DNA of 63,981 nt, counting the filler, from Globobulimina sp. (lineage: Eukaryota), in assembly GCA_003354225.1 (NCBI GenBank). It is 50 parts of 50 records of this genome, joined end to end, with 100 filler letters (N's around TTAATTAATTAA, not from the genome) between each part and the next. Parts side by side here need not be neighbours in the genome. Positions count along the whole stretch, not along the records: positions 10,263 to 11,444 come from PIVH01021482.1; positions 11,545 to 12,726 come from PIVH01021483.1; positions 12,827 to 14,008 come from PIVH01021484.1; positions 14,109 to 15,290 come from PIVH01021485.1; positions 15,391 to 16,572 come from PIVH01021486.1; positions 16,673 to 17,854 come from PIVH01021487.1; positions 17,955 to 19,136 come from PIVH01021488.1; positions 19,237 to 20,418 come from PIVH01021489.1; 42 more parts are not named here. One strand, given 5' to 3'. A program made the position numbers and the translations under genes. The notes beneath the pieces were generated by a model. It made no database searches and was not told where the DNA came from. It saw nothing but the letters and a program-made list of their open reading frames with translations. Numbering within the stretch: the first letter of the stretch is position 1; every line of letters starts with the position of its first letter. Below are positions 10,263-21,938 of the stretch, in pieces.

Positions 10263-10737
10263 ATATCTGACGGGCCAAAGCTATTGTTTGCATTTTATCT
10301 GACGGATTTCTCATTAAAATAATGTAGTGGCAATTTCTTCGAGCAGTTTTCATATTGTCATAGAACAAATTTTGTACAATGTGAATGGCAGAACAGTTCC
10401 AGTGATGACAACCACGAGTAAACAGCGCAGTGAGTTCACCTTTTTTCTTGCTCATTTGGTCCATCAGATCATCTAAGATAAGCAGCGTAGGTCCCTGGAC
10501 AGAGTTTTTTTTTAACAGCTCCATGTTTGGCACACCTTCATAAAGCTCAACATTAGGACACCGGCAAAGGTCGTCATATGCCGGCTGATACTCTGAATAA
10601 CACCACATAACACAGACTGGAGGAGGATCGACAAGTGTTGATAAATTATTGGCAAATTTTTTTGTCCATACAGTTTTACCTGATTTAGTGCATCCAGAAA
10701 CAATAGCGGTAAACGGGTGCTTAAATCTAGAATCCAT
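10263..10737 (-). mobile_element. Polinton/Maverick/adintovirus A32-FtsK-like packaging ATPase (3' truncated)
   Basis: FKHPFTAIVSGCTKSGKT Walker A, LILDDLM Walker B, LFTRGCHH, VQNLF, NCHYIILMRNP. Confidence 0.88.
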
Positions 10738-10825
10738 GATCTTTATTGTATGTTTGTGTGTTGGGTTTCATACAGATACAACATATATTTATATACTTAT
10801 GTATACTTTTATTGGTTATATTAAT

Positions 10826-11296
10826 TTAAACAGCAATTTTTATTGGTGTTAACCATGATCGGTCTCGAATTTTCTTTTCAACCTCATCAGACCATTCACC
10901 CCTAACTTTTTCAAACATGTCTGTCTCGGTAACCATTTCTTTAGCATCATTTATCCAATGAATGTTAGTGCCTTCCATTTCGTCATACTCGAATAAACAT
11001 TGCCAAAACTTTTTGGTCACCAGGTATCTTTCTATGTCACTCATACAAAGTTCCCATGCTGCACTGACACCATACTTATGAAACGCATCTTCAGGTCTAA
11101 CAAATTGCTTACAGTGGTGTTCAGTGGAATCTTTAATATGACTTTTACATTCGCTACATTTTCTGATCACAATTTCACGCAACTTTAATTCTAGTTGTTC
11201 TGCATAAAACAAAATGAATATTTCCTTGAATTCTTTTCTATTTTGTTGATGTTGAATGGCTACAGTGTCCATAATGCCATGAGCAGGGGAAAACAT
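10826..11296 (-). CDS. Hypothetical Polinton accessory ORF with a possible CxxC...HxC Zn site
   Basis: Complete 156-aa ORF, co-oriented and 88 bp upstream of the ATPase; CSEC...HHC. Confidence 0.55.
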   Translation of the reverse strand: MFSPAHGIMDTVAIQHQQNRKEFKEIFILFYAEQLELKLREIVIRKCSECKSHIKDSTEHHCKQFVRPEDAFHKYGVSAAWELCMSDIERYLVTKKFWQCLFEYDEMEGTNIHWINDAKEMVTETDMFEKVRGEWSDEVEKKIRDRSWLTPIKIAV

Positions 11297-11360
11297 TGTT
11301 GCAGGGTTGAATGGTGTTTGATCGTCGTATGTCTGTTTCTACATTTTAACCTACCTTTAT

Positions 11361-11444
11361 ATTAAAATCTGTGCTGGCTTGTCTGAACTTGTCCTTATGA
11401 CGTCATTAAAATCTGTGCTGACTTGCCTGAACTTGTCCTTATGA
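11361..11444. repeat. 44-bp tandem direct repeat (about 2 copies, cut by the contig end)
   Basis: ATTAAAATCTGTGCTGRCTTGYCTGAACTTGTCCTTATGA at 11361 and 11405. Confidence 0.85.
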
Positions 11445-11544
11445 NNNNNNNNNNNNNNNNNNNNNNNNNNNNNNNNNNNNNNNNNNNNTTAATTAATTAA
11501 NNNNNNNNNNNNNNNNNNNNNNNNNNNNNNNNNNNNNNNNNNNN

Positions 11545-12583
11545 CCAACGCAATCCATTATATCTTCTGAGTCCTGCTCGTGTACACAAGACAGAAATGA
11601 ATATGTCTCCTCCGCGTCGACCGGACATTGTTCTGCTTACATGAACTGTCCATGGAATCTGGTGCCGTGTCCTGATGGGTGTTGGAAGCCAATCGGACAA
11701 AATGATTTTATCATTGGCTCGTTTGACTGGACAGGTTTTGATTATAAAGGCGAACCAACTCCGTATAGTTGGCCTGATATAAACTCACATTTTGGAGTGA
11801 ATGATATGGCGGGTATTTTTATGTTAAATTTTTAATGTTTTATATTATTTTTTGATTGTTTGTGGTGGATAAGGTTTCCCAAAGGATATGTATTGGTATT
11901 ATAGGGCGGCTTGGACCAATATTACGGATGAGATCATATTATATATTATGCCAAATACGTGGAATAATGATACGAATACAAACCCGGAGAAAGTGCGCGT
12001 GTATACCAATTGTGAATATGTGGAGTTATTTGTAAATAATAATTCTGTGAGTGGTGGACGCCAAAAAGTGGAAGCATTGGCATATTACGCATTGAATGTG
12101 CGATGGAGTTCAGGTGCGATAAGTTGTAATTGTTTAGATGCAAATAATAAGATATTGGCAAGCACGCGAATAGAAACTACCGATTCGGCGTCAAGTATTG
12201 CATTGGAATGGGAGTATCCATATAATAGTGAGAGTGCAGAGAATAATACGATAATTGGTGATGGCCAGGATGTGGCACTAATAAATGTTTTTGTGGTGGA
12301 TGATAAAATGCGAATTGTACCAAATTCAAAGAATTTAATCAGTTTCTCGGTTGATAATGAGTCTGTTGCGTTTATATTGGGAGTGAGTAATGGTGATCCT
12401 TCGTGTCATGAACGTGATAAAGCAAGTCAACGGTCTGTATATCATGGCAAGGCCAGAGTTTTGGTGCAATCAATGTTAAATAAAGGTGGTAGAGTAACAT
12501 TAACTGCAACGTCGGATGGATTAAAAACTGCCTCCATACAAATTAATGTAAATGCACCACAGCAACAAATAATTACCATTTAA
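11545..12583 (+). CDS. GH2 beta-galactosidase-like glycoside hydrolase, C-terminal part; intron 11813-11873
   Basis: SSE, GSFDWTGFDYKGEPTP..WP..SHFG..DMAG/FPKD, VYTNCEYVELFVN, GVSNGDP. Confidence 0.9.
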
Positions 12584-12827
12584 CATATTACTATTTTTGA
12601 AACGGTGTGGTATTTTTTTTTGCAAATAATATTTAATATTCCTTGTCAACCAATAGTTTCGTCAATAACCAAACTCAAAACTTGAAAAGCCATAGCTTCA
12701 GCACAGTAGCAATCCTTGCACGCAATNNNNNNNNNNNNNNNNNNNNNNNNNNNNNNNNNNNNNNNNNNNNTTAATTAATTAANNNNNNNNNNNNNNNNNN
12801 NNNNNNNNNNNNNNNNNNNNNNNNNNT

Positions 12828-13850
12828 ATTTCATTTCATCGCAAATCTGATTTTAGCAGAATATCTTCTTCGCGGTTTTGGAATTACAGTGGTTTATCGC
12901 GCGGAATCTGCGTGTATTTATCACATATTTTTGTGGCCTCTGAAGAACATCATCATGTTGCAAATGCTGATCAGGATAACCACTCTCGATATGTATCTAA
13001 AATATGCATCTCACAAATCAGCACTTTGACTGGTTATGTTGTCAATAAATATGAGATTGCCGTCGACGAAGATGAAAGATCTGACGATGTCCATTCTTTA
13101 TTGAATAACTGCGATTTCATGGTGGTATCATCAAAGTGGCTGTTATCTGGAAATAATGATAGAATATGTTTTGTATTATTTCAACGAAAAGATAAAATCA
13201 TTAATTTCATCGATCCCATTTCATGCCGCATATCTCGCAAAATAGAAATTAAATTACAGAATCACTCATTTTCCGAAGACGAAGAAATGAGAATAACTTT
13301 TATGGATAAACAGCAATGCAATGAGCACATCGTTGCGTATTCAATGCCCATCGATGAGAGACAGGACATTCATCCATTTGCTTATATTGCATTTAGAGAG
13401 TTGAATGTAATTATAATTGGAATGAATGGCAATATTTTGAAAAAGATTAGTTTGCCATTTGGCGATTCCATACAACACTTATCGATGTCCGACACATTCA
13501 TTTATGTGGATGTTATGTTGGGATTCTTTGGTCACATTAAAGATAAGTTTGATAACAATATTATGTGTGTGATGGGTGAAGAAGTTGTGTCTGATGATGA
13601 TGATTCGATTTCTTTTTTGGAGTTACAAGATTGTTATGATAATAATCAGGATATTGATAGGATTCAACCAGAGATGGAATGGGAGAAACGATTACAAGTA
13701 ATGAGTAAAGCAAAGTGGTTTAGCAGTAGCAGTTGGGGATATATCTTAGATCTCAACAATCTGGATATTTTGGCATTGTTTTCGATAAACTACAAAGATA
13801 AACATTGCAAGCTGTTTAAACATGTCGATCCCACAATATTTCATTTTTGA
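12828..13850 (+). CDS. Hypothetical protein, 5' truncated
   Basis: About 340 open codons in AT-rich DNA; no recognisable motif. Confidence 0.55.
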   Translation: MSFHRKSDFSRISSSRFWNYSGLSRGICVYLSHIFVASEEHHHVANADQDNHSRYVSKICISQISTLTGYVVNKYEIAVDEDERSDDVHSLLNNCDFMVVSSKWLLSGNNDRICFVLFQRKDKIINFIDPISCRISRKIEIKLQNHSFSEDEEMRITFMDKQQCNEHIVAYSMPIDERQDIHPFAYIAFRELNVIIIGMNGNILKKISLPFGDSIQHLSMSDTFIYVDVMLGFFGHIKDKFDNNIMCVMGEEVVSDDDDSISFLELQDCYDNNQDIDRIQPEMEWEKRLQVMSKAKWFSSSSWGYILDLNNLDILALFSINYKDKHCKLFKHVDPTIFHF

Positions 13851-14824
13851 ATGCATGAGTGTCTGTAAGGGAGCTATATATTTATTTACTAGTGTGTGTG
13901 TAAGGGAGCTTTATTACTAATTATTGAAATTGAATTCATTAGCTAGGTCTTTACAACTTGTACATGGATTTGTGTCTAAAACTAACTAACTAACTACTAA
14001 AGATAATGNNNNNNNNNNNNNNNNNNNNNNNNNNNNNNNNNNNNNNNNNNNNTTAATTAATTAANNNNNNNNNNNNNNNNNNNNNNNNNNNNNNNNNNNN
14101 NNNNNNNNTTTCCGACATTGATTATATGCACTTTTCAAAATAATGCCAATTGTAAAGTGTTAAATACTGTTTTGAATAAAAAACATTTGATACGGTTTAT
14201 ACTAAAAACGTACCATCGCAAATATCTGAAAACGATTAACAATCACAACCAAACAAATAACGATAATAATAATAATAAAATGTATGAGTTAGAACACAGA
14301 TTTCCAATTGAATTATGGCCAGAAGCTATCAAATTTTATAGGGATTAGTATGTTTCAATATGTTTTATCTATGTTACTTTTTTTTTTTGTATTGTTTTGC
14401 ACTGACACTATGTGTAAAATTCTTATTTAATTTAATATTGCCACAATTATTGTGGTGTATAAACGGATTTCGTGTCCCAACACGCGCAACATTCACTTGA
14501 TTGGTTTACAATGATCGACAATAAATCGCACACATTATTCTTCAAAAAGCCAGTCAGACTGAAAAAAAAGAGTCGCAAATTTGCTTTTATGATGTCGTCC
14601 CAACGCAAATCTTCCAAAATTGCCAACAAGAGACAAAGTCTGCTACAATGGGTTGACGATCATTTGTTGCAATCGCAAGTTCAAACAGATTAAACAAATC
14701 ATTAAAGCCGTCAAAATGGAGAAGTTCATGGAAAGCTCCAACATTTAACATACCACAGTTTGATAACTTCGATTTATCCGTATTTAATAACAATAATAAT
14801 AATAAATGTATAAAATATGATCCT

Positions 14825-15290
14825 ATGAAATGTGAATCAATCATTCGTTTGTCAACTGCGTTAAAATATTATTCAACACTGGATATTATTCATAATAAAC
14901 AGCACCATAATGATTTTAATGGTTTTGTAAATTGTATCTATGGCGAATTGCTTAACGATTACAATCATTTAATCAGTAAACATGGGGAACAATTAAATGA
15001 AATAAACAAACAATTCATTTCATGTGATATCACCAAATGCAATTTTACCAATAGGCACCATCATGATGCATATGCTGAGAATAAAATTATAACTGATCCA
15101 ATATTCAACTTTTACAAAGAAACCATGGACAGTTTGCACTTTTATTTATTCCATCTATTTGACTGTGGAATGCGTGTAATACAAATAAATGATAATATTA
15201 TTAACGACGAAAACAAAAATGATCAGTATTTTGATGCTGTTTTCAATCGAATGAATAAACGCATTTCGGAAACAAAACATGTCACAAAAT
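14825..15290 (+). CDS. Hypothetical protein resembling an expanded foraminiferal family (3' truncated)
   Basis: CESIIRL..ALKYY...LLNDYNHLI..H...CDI.KC...RH...D..FY...MDSLHFYL.H pattern, recalled from Reticulomyxa-type proteins, not searched. Confidence 0.55.
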
Positions 15291-15390
15291 NNNNNNNNNN
15301 NNNNNNNNNNNNNNNNNNNNNNNNNNNNNNNNNNTTAATTAATTAANNNNNNNNNNNNNNNNNNNNNNNNNNNNNNNNNNNNNNNNNNNN

Positions 15391-15521
15391 ACGAGAGAGC
15401 GGAGACTAGAGAGGTGAACCTAAAGTTAGAAACGCAACATTTGGCTGGCATTTTGAAAACTGGCTGGCATTTCTGAGCGGACACACTTTTGAGCCTCAAA
15501 TCAAGTTTTTGCCGCACTGTG
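15391..15521. mobile_element. Possible Transib-like transposon terminus ending in CACTGTG
   Basis: Minus strand reads CACAGTGCGGCAAAAAC; more GC-rich non-coding segment abutting a SAM ORF that lacks a start. Confidence 0.3.
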
Positions 15522-15531
15522 AATATACACG

Positions 15532-15726
15532 TACAAATGGGAAGAGGTATTGATTGTAAATATAATTAAACTGCCTCAATATTATGAATTGTTCTGCAAT
15601 GAAGGATTTGATGATGATGTATCATTAATATGTGACCTTTCTGATGACGACTTGCAAGAACTTGGCATTGCCAAGAAAGCTCACCGTGTAAAAATATTGA
15701 AAGAAGTGGAAAAATTACAAATTTAA
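15532..15726 (+). pseudogene. SAM-domain fragment with no start codon
   Basis: KLPQYYELFCNEGFDD...LSDDDLQELGIAKKAHRVKILK*; in-frame TGA at 15520. Confidence 0.7.
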
Positions 15727-15794
15727 AGTTTGCAGTGTCGATCTTTTTTTAAGCATTTCCAGGTCCAAAATAAAGTCACCCTCACCTCAGTCAC

Positions 15795-16430
15795 ATGATG
15801 ACAACAAAGAAGCTCTTAAAAGTCGCAATATTCGGTGCAGGTCGTATGGGAACATTCCATGCTCAAAACATTGACGAAAATATAGAATATGCATACATTG
15901 ATACTATAGTTGATACAAATTTAGATGCAGCTAAAAGACTATCAACTTTATTAAAAAACACTGCAAATATCAAAGTCTCATCAGATTATAAATCAGTGTT
16001 AGATAATAATAATATTGATTGTATTGTAATTGCAGTAACAACAACAGCCGCGGATCGAAGTAAGATTGCAATATATGCATTGAATAAACATATTGCTGTA
16101 TTTATTGAAAAACCTTTAGCATCCACATTACAACAAGGCATTGATATTCATGAGGCAGTCACGGCAAATAATACATTATTTCAAATTGGTTTTATGCGTC
16201 TGTTTGATACGGATTTAAATAAATTAGCAAACTTATCCGCAGATAATACAACAATCGGCAAACCATATTTAATTCGTGTTGTTTCGTATGATGGTATTAT
16301 TCAAGACACGCAATATTACAAATATTCTGGTGGAATATTCAAAGATATGATGTGCCATGATTTAGATTCATTGTACTACATATTCTCGAGTTGCTATTTT
16401 TATGACAAATATAAGACAGAAGTAACTCAA
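15795..16430 (+). CDS. Gfo/Idh/MocA oxidoreductase, myo-inositol 2-dehydrogenase-like, exon 1
   Basis: GAGRMG, FIEKP, GFMRLFD, SGGIFKDMMCHDLD; GTAAGT donor at 16431. Confidence 0.85.
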
Positions 16431-16467
16431 GTAAGTAATAATAATAATAATGTTAATGACGCGAATA

Positions 16468-16572
16468 TTTCAGCGTCAGATTTTTATTGTTTCTGAGAAA
16501 CGAAGGCAAACCTATATTGTTTTTACCTTTATCAGTCACCAGAAACGGTTTGCTTATACCTTGCCCCAATAA
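16468..16572. mobile_element. MITE-like repeat inside an intron; inverted copy of 57752-57900
   Basis: TTTCAGCGTCAGATTTTTATTG terminus and internal sequence match the reverse complement of the element in contig 46. Confidence 0.85.
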
Positions 16573-16983
16573 NNNNNNNNNNNNNNNNNNNNNNNNNNNN
16601 NNNNNNNNNNNNNNNNTTAATTAATTAANNNNNNNNNNNNNNNNNNNNNNNNNNNNNNNNNNNNNNNNNNNNTGGGCCATGGAGGAGTTAGCGGTACTGT
16701 CAAATTGTCAAATCGTTTTTGTCAAATTGTCAAAAAAATAGGGGACCAAACCCTTAACATTGCAAGACTAAATAAATAACGTTGTAATCAATACAGATAT
16801 TTTTGGGAGTGTGTGTGTTTTGAGTTGGTTGGTTTGTGCTTGTCTATGTTATGTGATGCTTTCTTAAGCTATCATCGATCACATTACATTATAAATCGCT
16901 ATATGATAAAATAAAAATTAGATACCAAATGACAATAAATTAATATATACCATGCCGTTAAATATGTATCATTAATACCGGTT

Positions 16984-17087
16984 AAATAATACGTGTCATT
17001 TTCACACGTTTGAGCAATAAATATTGTCTAAATAATACGTGTTATATTCACTGGTTTGATAATACGTGACATTTTCACTGGTTTTGA
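16984..17087. repeat. Three imperfect direct repeats ATAATACGTG..TTCAC..GTTT
   Basis: Copies at about 16984, 17031 and 17059. Confidence 0.6.
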
Positions 17088-18246
17088 GGCCATAAAAGTT
17101 GTCTTTGGTCATTTTAATATATGAATATTGCCATATTAAATGCATAGATATTTTCATATTTAATGTATCCATAATATGCCATATTTAATGGATAGATTGT
17201 CTTTGCTTTGTCCTTTCTTTTAAATAATACGAAGGGCAATGGATTATTTGCAGTGATATCGGGAATTATGAATGTGATTTGCGATAAAATTGGCAGTAAA
17301 TTATATAATGAATCCTCAATCCCTCTTCATTTTTATCCTTGTTTTTAATACAAAGTAATGGGTAAATATCAGTTAATAATGAGAGTTGTTTTGAATTCGG
17401 ATTTAAATATTTGCGATAAAATTTCAAATGTTTGAGCGAATAACTGATAAATACGACCGATAATGTGACAATTCTTTGCATATAGAATGAGTATGGATAG
17501 ACATATATGCTTTGATTCGACAGTTTATGTTTATTATTTGTATGCGATTCTGTCAATGATCGATATCGGCAAAATAATACATGCATGGATTCCTGCATAA
17601 AATCAGTGCTCTACCAGCAAATCACCAACAACAAAATTAATATGTTTTGTTGGTATATAGATATAAAATCTAATGCTGAGGTGTTCGATAAGATCAGTAT
17701 TAAAAAAAAAAACCTTTTCGAACAGCAAAAAAAATCAGTACTTATCGGAGAGCCATAATAGAATGAATCTGTTTGAAGCAGCAGAAGAGGATGATCCTTA
17801 TGGCGACCTTGAAGATCAAGGAATTGATTATGTAGCAGCAGCAGAACAAGACAANNNNNNNNNNNNNNNNNNNNNNNNNNNNNNNNNNNNNNNNNNNNTT
17901 AATTAATTAANNNNNNNNNNNNNNNNNNNNNNNNNNNNNNNNNNNNNNNNNNNNCGATTCCCTATGAATATTTACACACTTTAATCATATTTTCGCGGTT
18001 CTTGACAAGAAACTTATTTATTTATTACTCTTTCCATTTGTATACATCTGACAATATTTTGGAGATGTAATCAAATATATCTTTTCCAATTATTATAAAA
18101 ATGATTATAAAAATAAATGTTATGTTTATAAAAATAGTATTAAGGAAAAACAAAATATAATTAATTCATTACGTAACAAACTAAATACACACCATTGTTT
18201 AGACAGTGTTGCTAAACAAATATCGTCCAAAAATTATACAAATAAT

Positions 18247-18825
18247 TTGAGAGAATTTATTAATAATATTTTACTTACATTTACATCCAAATCAAACAAA
18301 GATCATATTATATTGCCAAGTATTCAACGCTCAGCCAATTTATCTCTATGCTGTGTATTTAAACAAGATCAATTTTCATCATTTCCATCTGCTCGTAATA
18401 TGGAAAGACACCTACGTAATTTAGATAATTTTTTAAATATAAAATGTAGAAATAATCAAAAGATTAAAATACATTTTATTGAATATATTGCAACCTCCAA
18501 TATATATAAAAATATATTCAAAAATGCCTTATCTATCATCACAAAATTAACTCCAACTCAAACTACACAATTTTTCATTAATTCTAAACAAAGTCTGAGG
18601 CGTTTTTGTACAGAAAATGCCAAACTACATCGTATTATCGGTGTAAATATATATTCAAATGAAAACATTTTGCGGTGTATTGTGGCTGAAGAAAAAATGG
18701 TAATGTATTTTTATAATCATTCAAATTGTTTTTGTAATCATTCAAATTGTTTTGTGTTGATTTTAATTTGCTTTTTAATTGTAATATTAATCTATTTTGT
18801 TTTTGTAATTCATTTTTATAATTAA
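18247..18825 (+). CDS. Hypothetical protein or decayed gene with C-terminal hydrophobic tail
   Basis: 192-codon ORF in very AT-rich DNA; short FCNHSNC duplication; no clear start. Confidence 0.3.
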   Translation: MREFINNILLTFTSKSNKDHIILPSIQRSANLSLCCVFKQDQFSSFPSARNMERHLRNLDNFLNIKCRNNQKIKIHFIEYIATSNIYKNIFKNALSIITKLTPTQTTQFFINSKQSLRRFCTENAKLHRIIGVNIYSNENILRCIVAEEKMVMYFYNHSNCFCNHSNCFVLILICFLIVILIYFVFVIHFYN

Positions 18826-19236
18826 CAAATTTTACATCATATTTTTTTAACTTATTTTCTAACGATTTTTTTTGTGTTTTCAAGACACATATTGTTCCAT
18901 TTATGGCCCACTGTTGATTTGCTTTATTGTTATTATTCAACACTGAATTTGTAATATTATCATACTAGATATTCCTGTTGGTGTAAAGATGTTGATTATA
19001 AAATGTTTTTTTTATCATGGCTTAAATGAATGTTTTTACAAAAATATTTTTGTGTAGAAAGTAATATCAACAAAAAAAAGGCCAGAGGTTAGTCGGATAA
19101 TTTAATTACAACACAAAATATTAATCAAACTTCCTGNNNNNNNNNNNNNNNNNNNNNNNNNNNNNNNNNNNNNNNNNNNNTTAATTAATTAANNNNNNNN
19201 NNNNNNNNNNNNNNNNNNNNNNNNNNNNNNNNNNNN

Positions 19237-19426
19237 TAATTGGTTTATGTGGTACTTTCAGAAATCCGCCAATAAACACCAATATTATGCCAATACGCAT
19301 AGATGAGGCTATTGACTTATTGAGAAACCTATAAATGAGACTAAATAATAATCCATAACCAATTGCAAACAAAAATACTGGCGTGAAATCATATATTGCC
19401 AGAGGTAAAGTATACTCGGGTGCCAT
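19237..19426 (-). CDS. N-terminus of a multi-pass membrane protein resembling bacterial hypothetical proteins
   Basis: YTLPLAIYDFTPVFLFAIG...GGFLK; possible intron donor after the K codon. Confidence 0.5.
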
Positions 19427-19465
19427 TATATTTGCTCAAAACCTTGTAGCTAGTATTAAAGCACG

Positions 19466-20092
19466 ATGAATGATCGCGACGTAGACTTTTTCAATCCTAA
19501 GGAACTACTAACTATTGTTCCAAGTTAATTTCTGTTGTGAACATTCTTGAATTTCTTTATTTCAAATTTGTATATTTAATGTATTTAATAATTAGATGAA
19601 AGGGAAACTGCAGTGATAACTCATCAAAAATTAACAGATATATTGAAAGAAAACAATGTGAGACCAACTGGCTTAGATTTAACTCGCGAATATTATATAT
19701 TTGAAACATTAAATAAAGTTATTTCGCATATAAACACTGGTGATATGAGTGAAAGATCAATATTATTAAAAAGAGCAGAAAGAGAGTTACATTCAACAGT
19801 ATCAACATGGAAAATATTATCAAATCAAGCAACAATATATGGATTAACCAAAGTAAATCAAAATCAATCGGAAATAGAACAATTAAAATCTGAAATTGAA
19901 CAACTAAAACAGAAAAAAAATGATCTAAGAAAAAAACGAAATTTAACAGATAAACAATATGATGACATGCTAATATCATCAAAAAATGAAATAAATGATT
20001 TACAAACAGAATGTCAAAAAACAGCGCAAAAATATCAGCAACAAAATATATCAAATACACAGATATTACAAGAATATAAATCTGCTCTTTGA
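19466..20092 (+). CDS. Divergent axonemal inner-arm dynein light chain p28 (DNALI1)-like; intron 19524-19595
   Basis: RPTGLDLTRE...ERSILLKRAERE...YG..K plus coiled coil aligns by eye to p28 RETGICPIRE...ERGLLLLRVRDE...FG.RK; intron restores the frame. Confidence 0.65.
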
Positions 20093-20518
20093 TGAACTCA
20101 ATAAACGCTAAATATTTTTATTTTATTAATCTACATAATTATAAAATGCATGTAGAAAATATATTTAATTCAAAAACGTGAATTAGGCCTACTTACAAGC
20201 AACAAAACAGCTTTACATTTTTGAAGAAATAAAACTTTTTGTCTGGTGAAAAATTATTATAAGTATGTTAAATAATTCAACTAGATGCAGTTATTTTTTT
20301 TTGCAAAATGATAAAATTATTATAAAATTACGTAATTAAACATATAAAAGAAAAAATAAAGAAAACAAAGAAAAAGTAAAATATACACAAGTGTATATAT
20401 AAAATTATAATAAAAGCANNNNNNNNNNNNNNNNNNNNNNNNNNNNNNNNNNNNNNNNNNNNTTAATTAATTAANNNNNNNNNNNNNNNNNNNNNNNNNN
20501 NNNNNNNNNNNNNNNNNN

Positions 20519-21029
20519 GGTATATTGGTGATGTGGTTCTGAAACGGAATGACAATATTAAAAAATTCATAGGCTTGTGGAAATGAAAAAAAATCTCTCC
20601 TTGAATGACTGTTCATTTTGATTGGATTGAAATCCAAGGCATCTTCCACTTGTTTTTGTAACACCAATGCACTTTGTGACGATGTAAAGGCTGGCTCAGG
20701 ATGGAAATGTCTAAATTTATTGCCCCAGTGGCTATCTCCAGGCGCCATTGGTCCGTCTGTGAATATTTGAAATATAATTCCTAATTCATTATCTTGTAAC
20801 TTTTGAATTAGATCTTGTTTGCCATAATCCAATGCAACAGATAATGGCATTTCAATGCCAACATATCCTTCTTTTTTTGTTGATTTTAAAAATTTATTAA
20901 TGCACATTTTACCACCTATATATGTTGGTTTCTTTATTCATCGAAGAATTAAAATTGCTGGGTTAAGGTACCTGATCCTGAAAAACAACCCCATGAAGCT
21001 CTGATTAGTTTAAGTGGTTTAGCTGCCAT
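20519..21029 (-). CDS. Xylose-isomerase-like TIM-barrel (sugar phosphate isomerase/epimerase); intron 20916-20971; 3' truncated
   Basis: LKLIRASWG, EGYVGIE, IFQIFT, MNSHSRRDFFS match the bacterial TLWG..GFDGIE..NSHSGRD family. Confidence 0.75.
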
Positions 21030-21938
21030 CTGCTCCACAGTTGGCAGTTTGTATGTTTATATTTCAAAATTAAAACTGTAAAAAGCAAAACTTTCTACTT
21101 ACTTTTATTTATCGACATGGTGGACTCTGGCAAGTAAATGTGAATGTTCTTCAATTTGATTATGAATATTTACATTAAAAATATATGATAAACATTACAT
21201 AGCCTTGCCCCGTAGGGCAGCTTTCTGTGTTGATATCATTTTAATGTGCTATTTCATGAATCAATAAGTCGATGCTTAGAGGGATGTTTGTTCGTTTTCT
21301 GCCGTGTTAGTAATGATATTCTGCATGGTATTGTACAATATATAACATACAAAACATTCTATTAATTAACGCAAATACCCAAAATAACAAAATATTGTCC
21401 AGTTTAAGTGCAAATGTTTAGTAATAATCTCTTTGAGTTTATTAATGAATCTGAGTTGGATTCTCAGCTGAGACATTTTTGATAAAGTTGACTATAACTA
21501 TAATTATATTTTAATAGTTAGGTTGCAAAATGAAAGTCTGATTTTTCTTCTTTAGTGACTAGGAAAACATGACCTGCAGATAAAACATATTTTTATGTTC
21601 CTCAATTAATAATAAACAACATTGAAAATTGCTCACCAAATGCTTCAAAGTACGGAAGGGGATGAAAGTGGTTTATCTTTACTACAATTTCTAAGGCAAT
21701 NNNNNNNNNNNNNNNNNNNNNNNNNNNNNNNNNNNNNNNNNNNNTTAATTAATTAANNNNNNNNNNNNNNNNNNNNNNNNNNNNNNNNNNNNNNNNNNNN
21801 GATACACTGATGATATCATGCAATGATTATATTGTGGTCGATAACAAATGCATGACATTCGTGCGGCTGCTGTTAGGTACAAATGAAGGACATCAATTGG
21901 TATGAGATGAACATATCGTAAATAAAAGATATTACGTA

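Noticed and set aside
4547-11444. Apparent cluster of RT, recombinase, gag and packaging ATPase as one composite element or defence island
   Set aside because: Each lies on a separate contig, adjacent only because of length sorting
16673-16757. Possible Harbinger-like transposon end (...GGGGACCAAACCC-TTA with TGTCAAA repeats)
   Set aside because: Only one end is visible and there is no second copy, so it cannot be supported
21206-21219. Small GC hairpin TGCCC-CGTA-GGGCA as a terminator or Helitron end
   Set aside because: Only a 5-bp stem, no canonical CTRR end, and the context is eukaryotic
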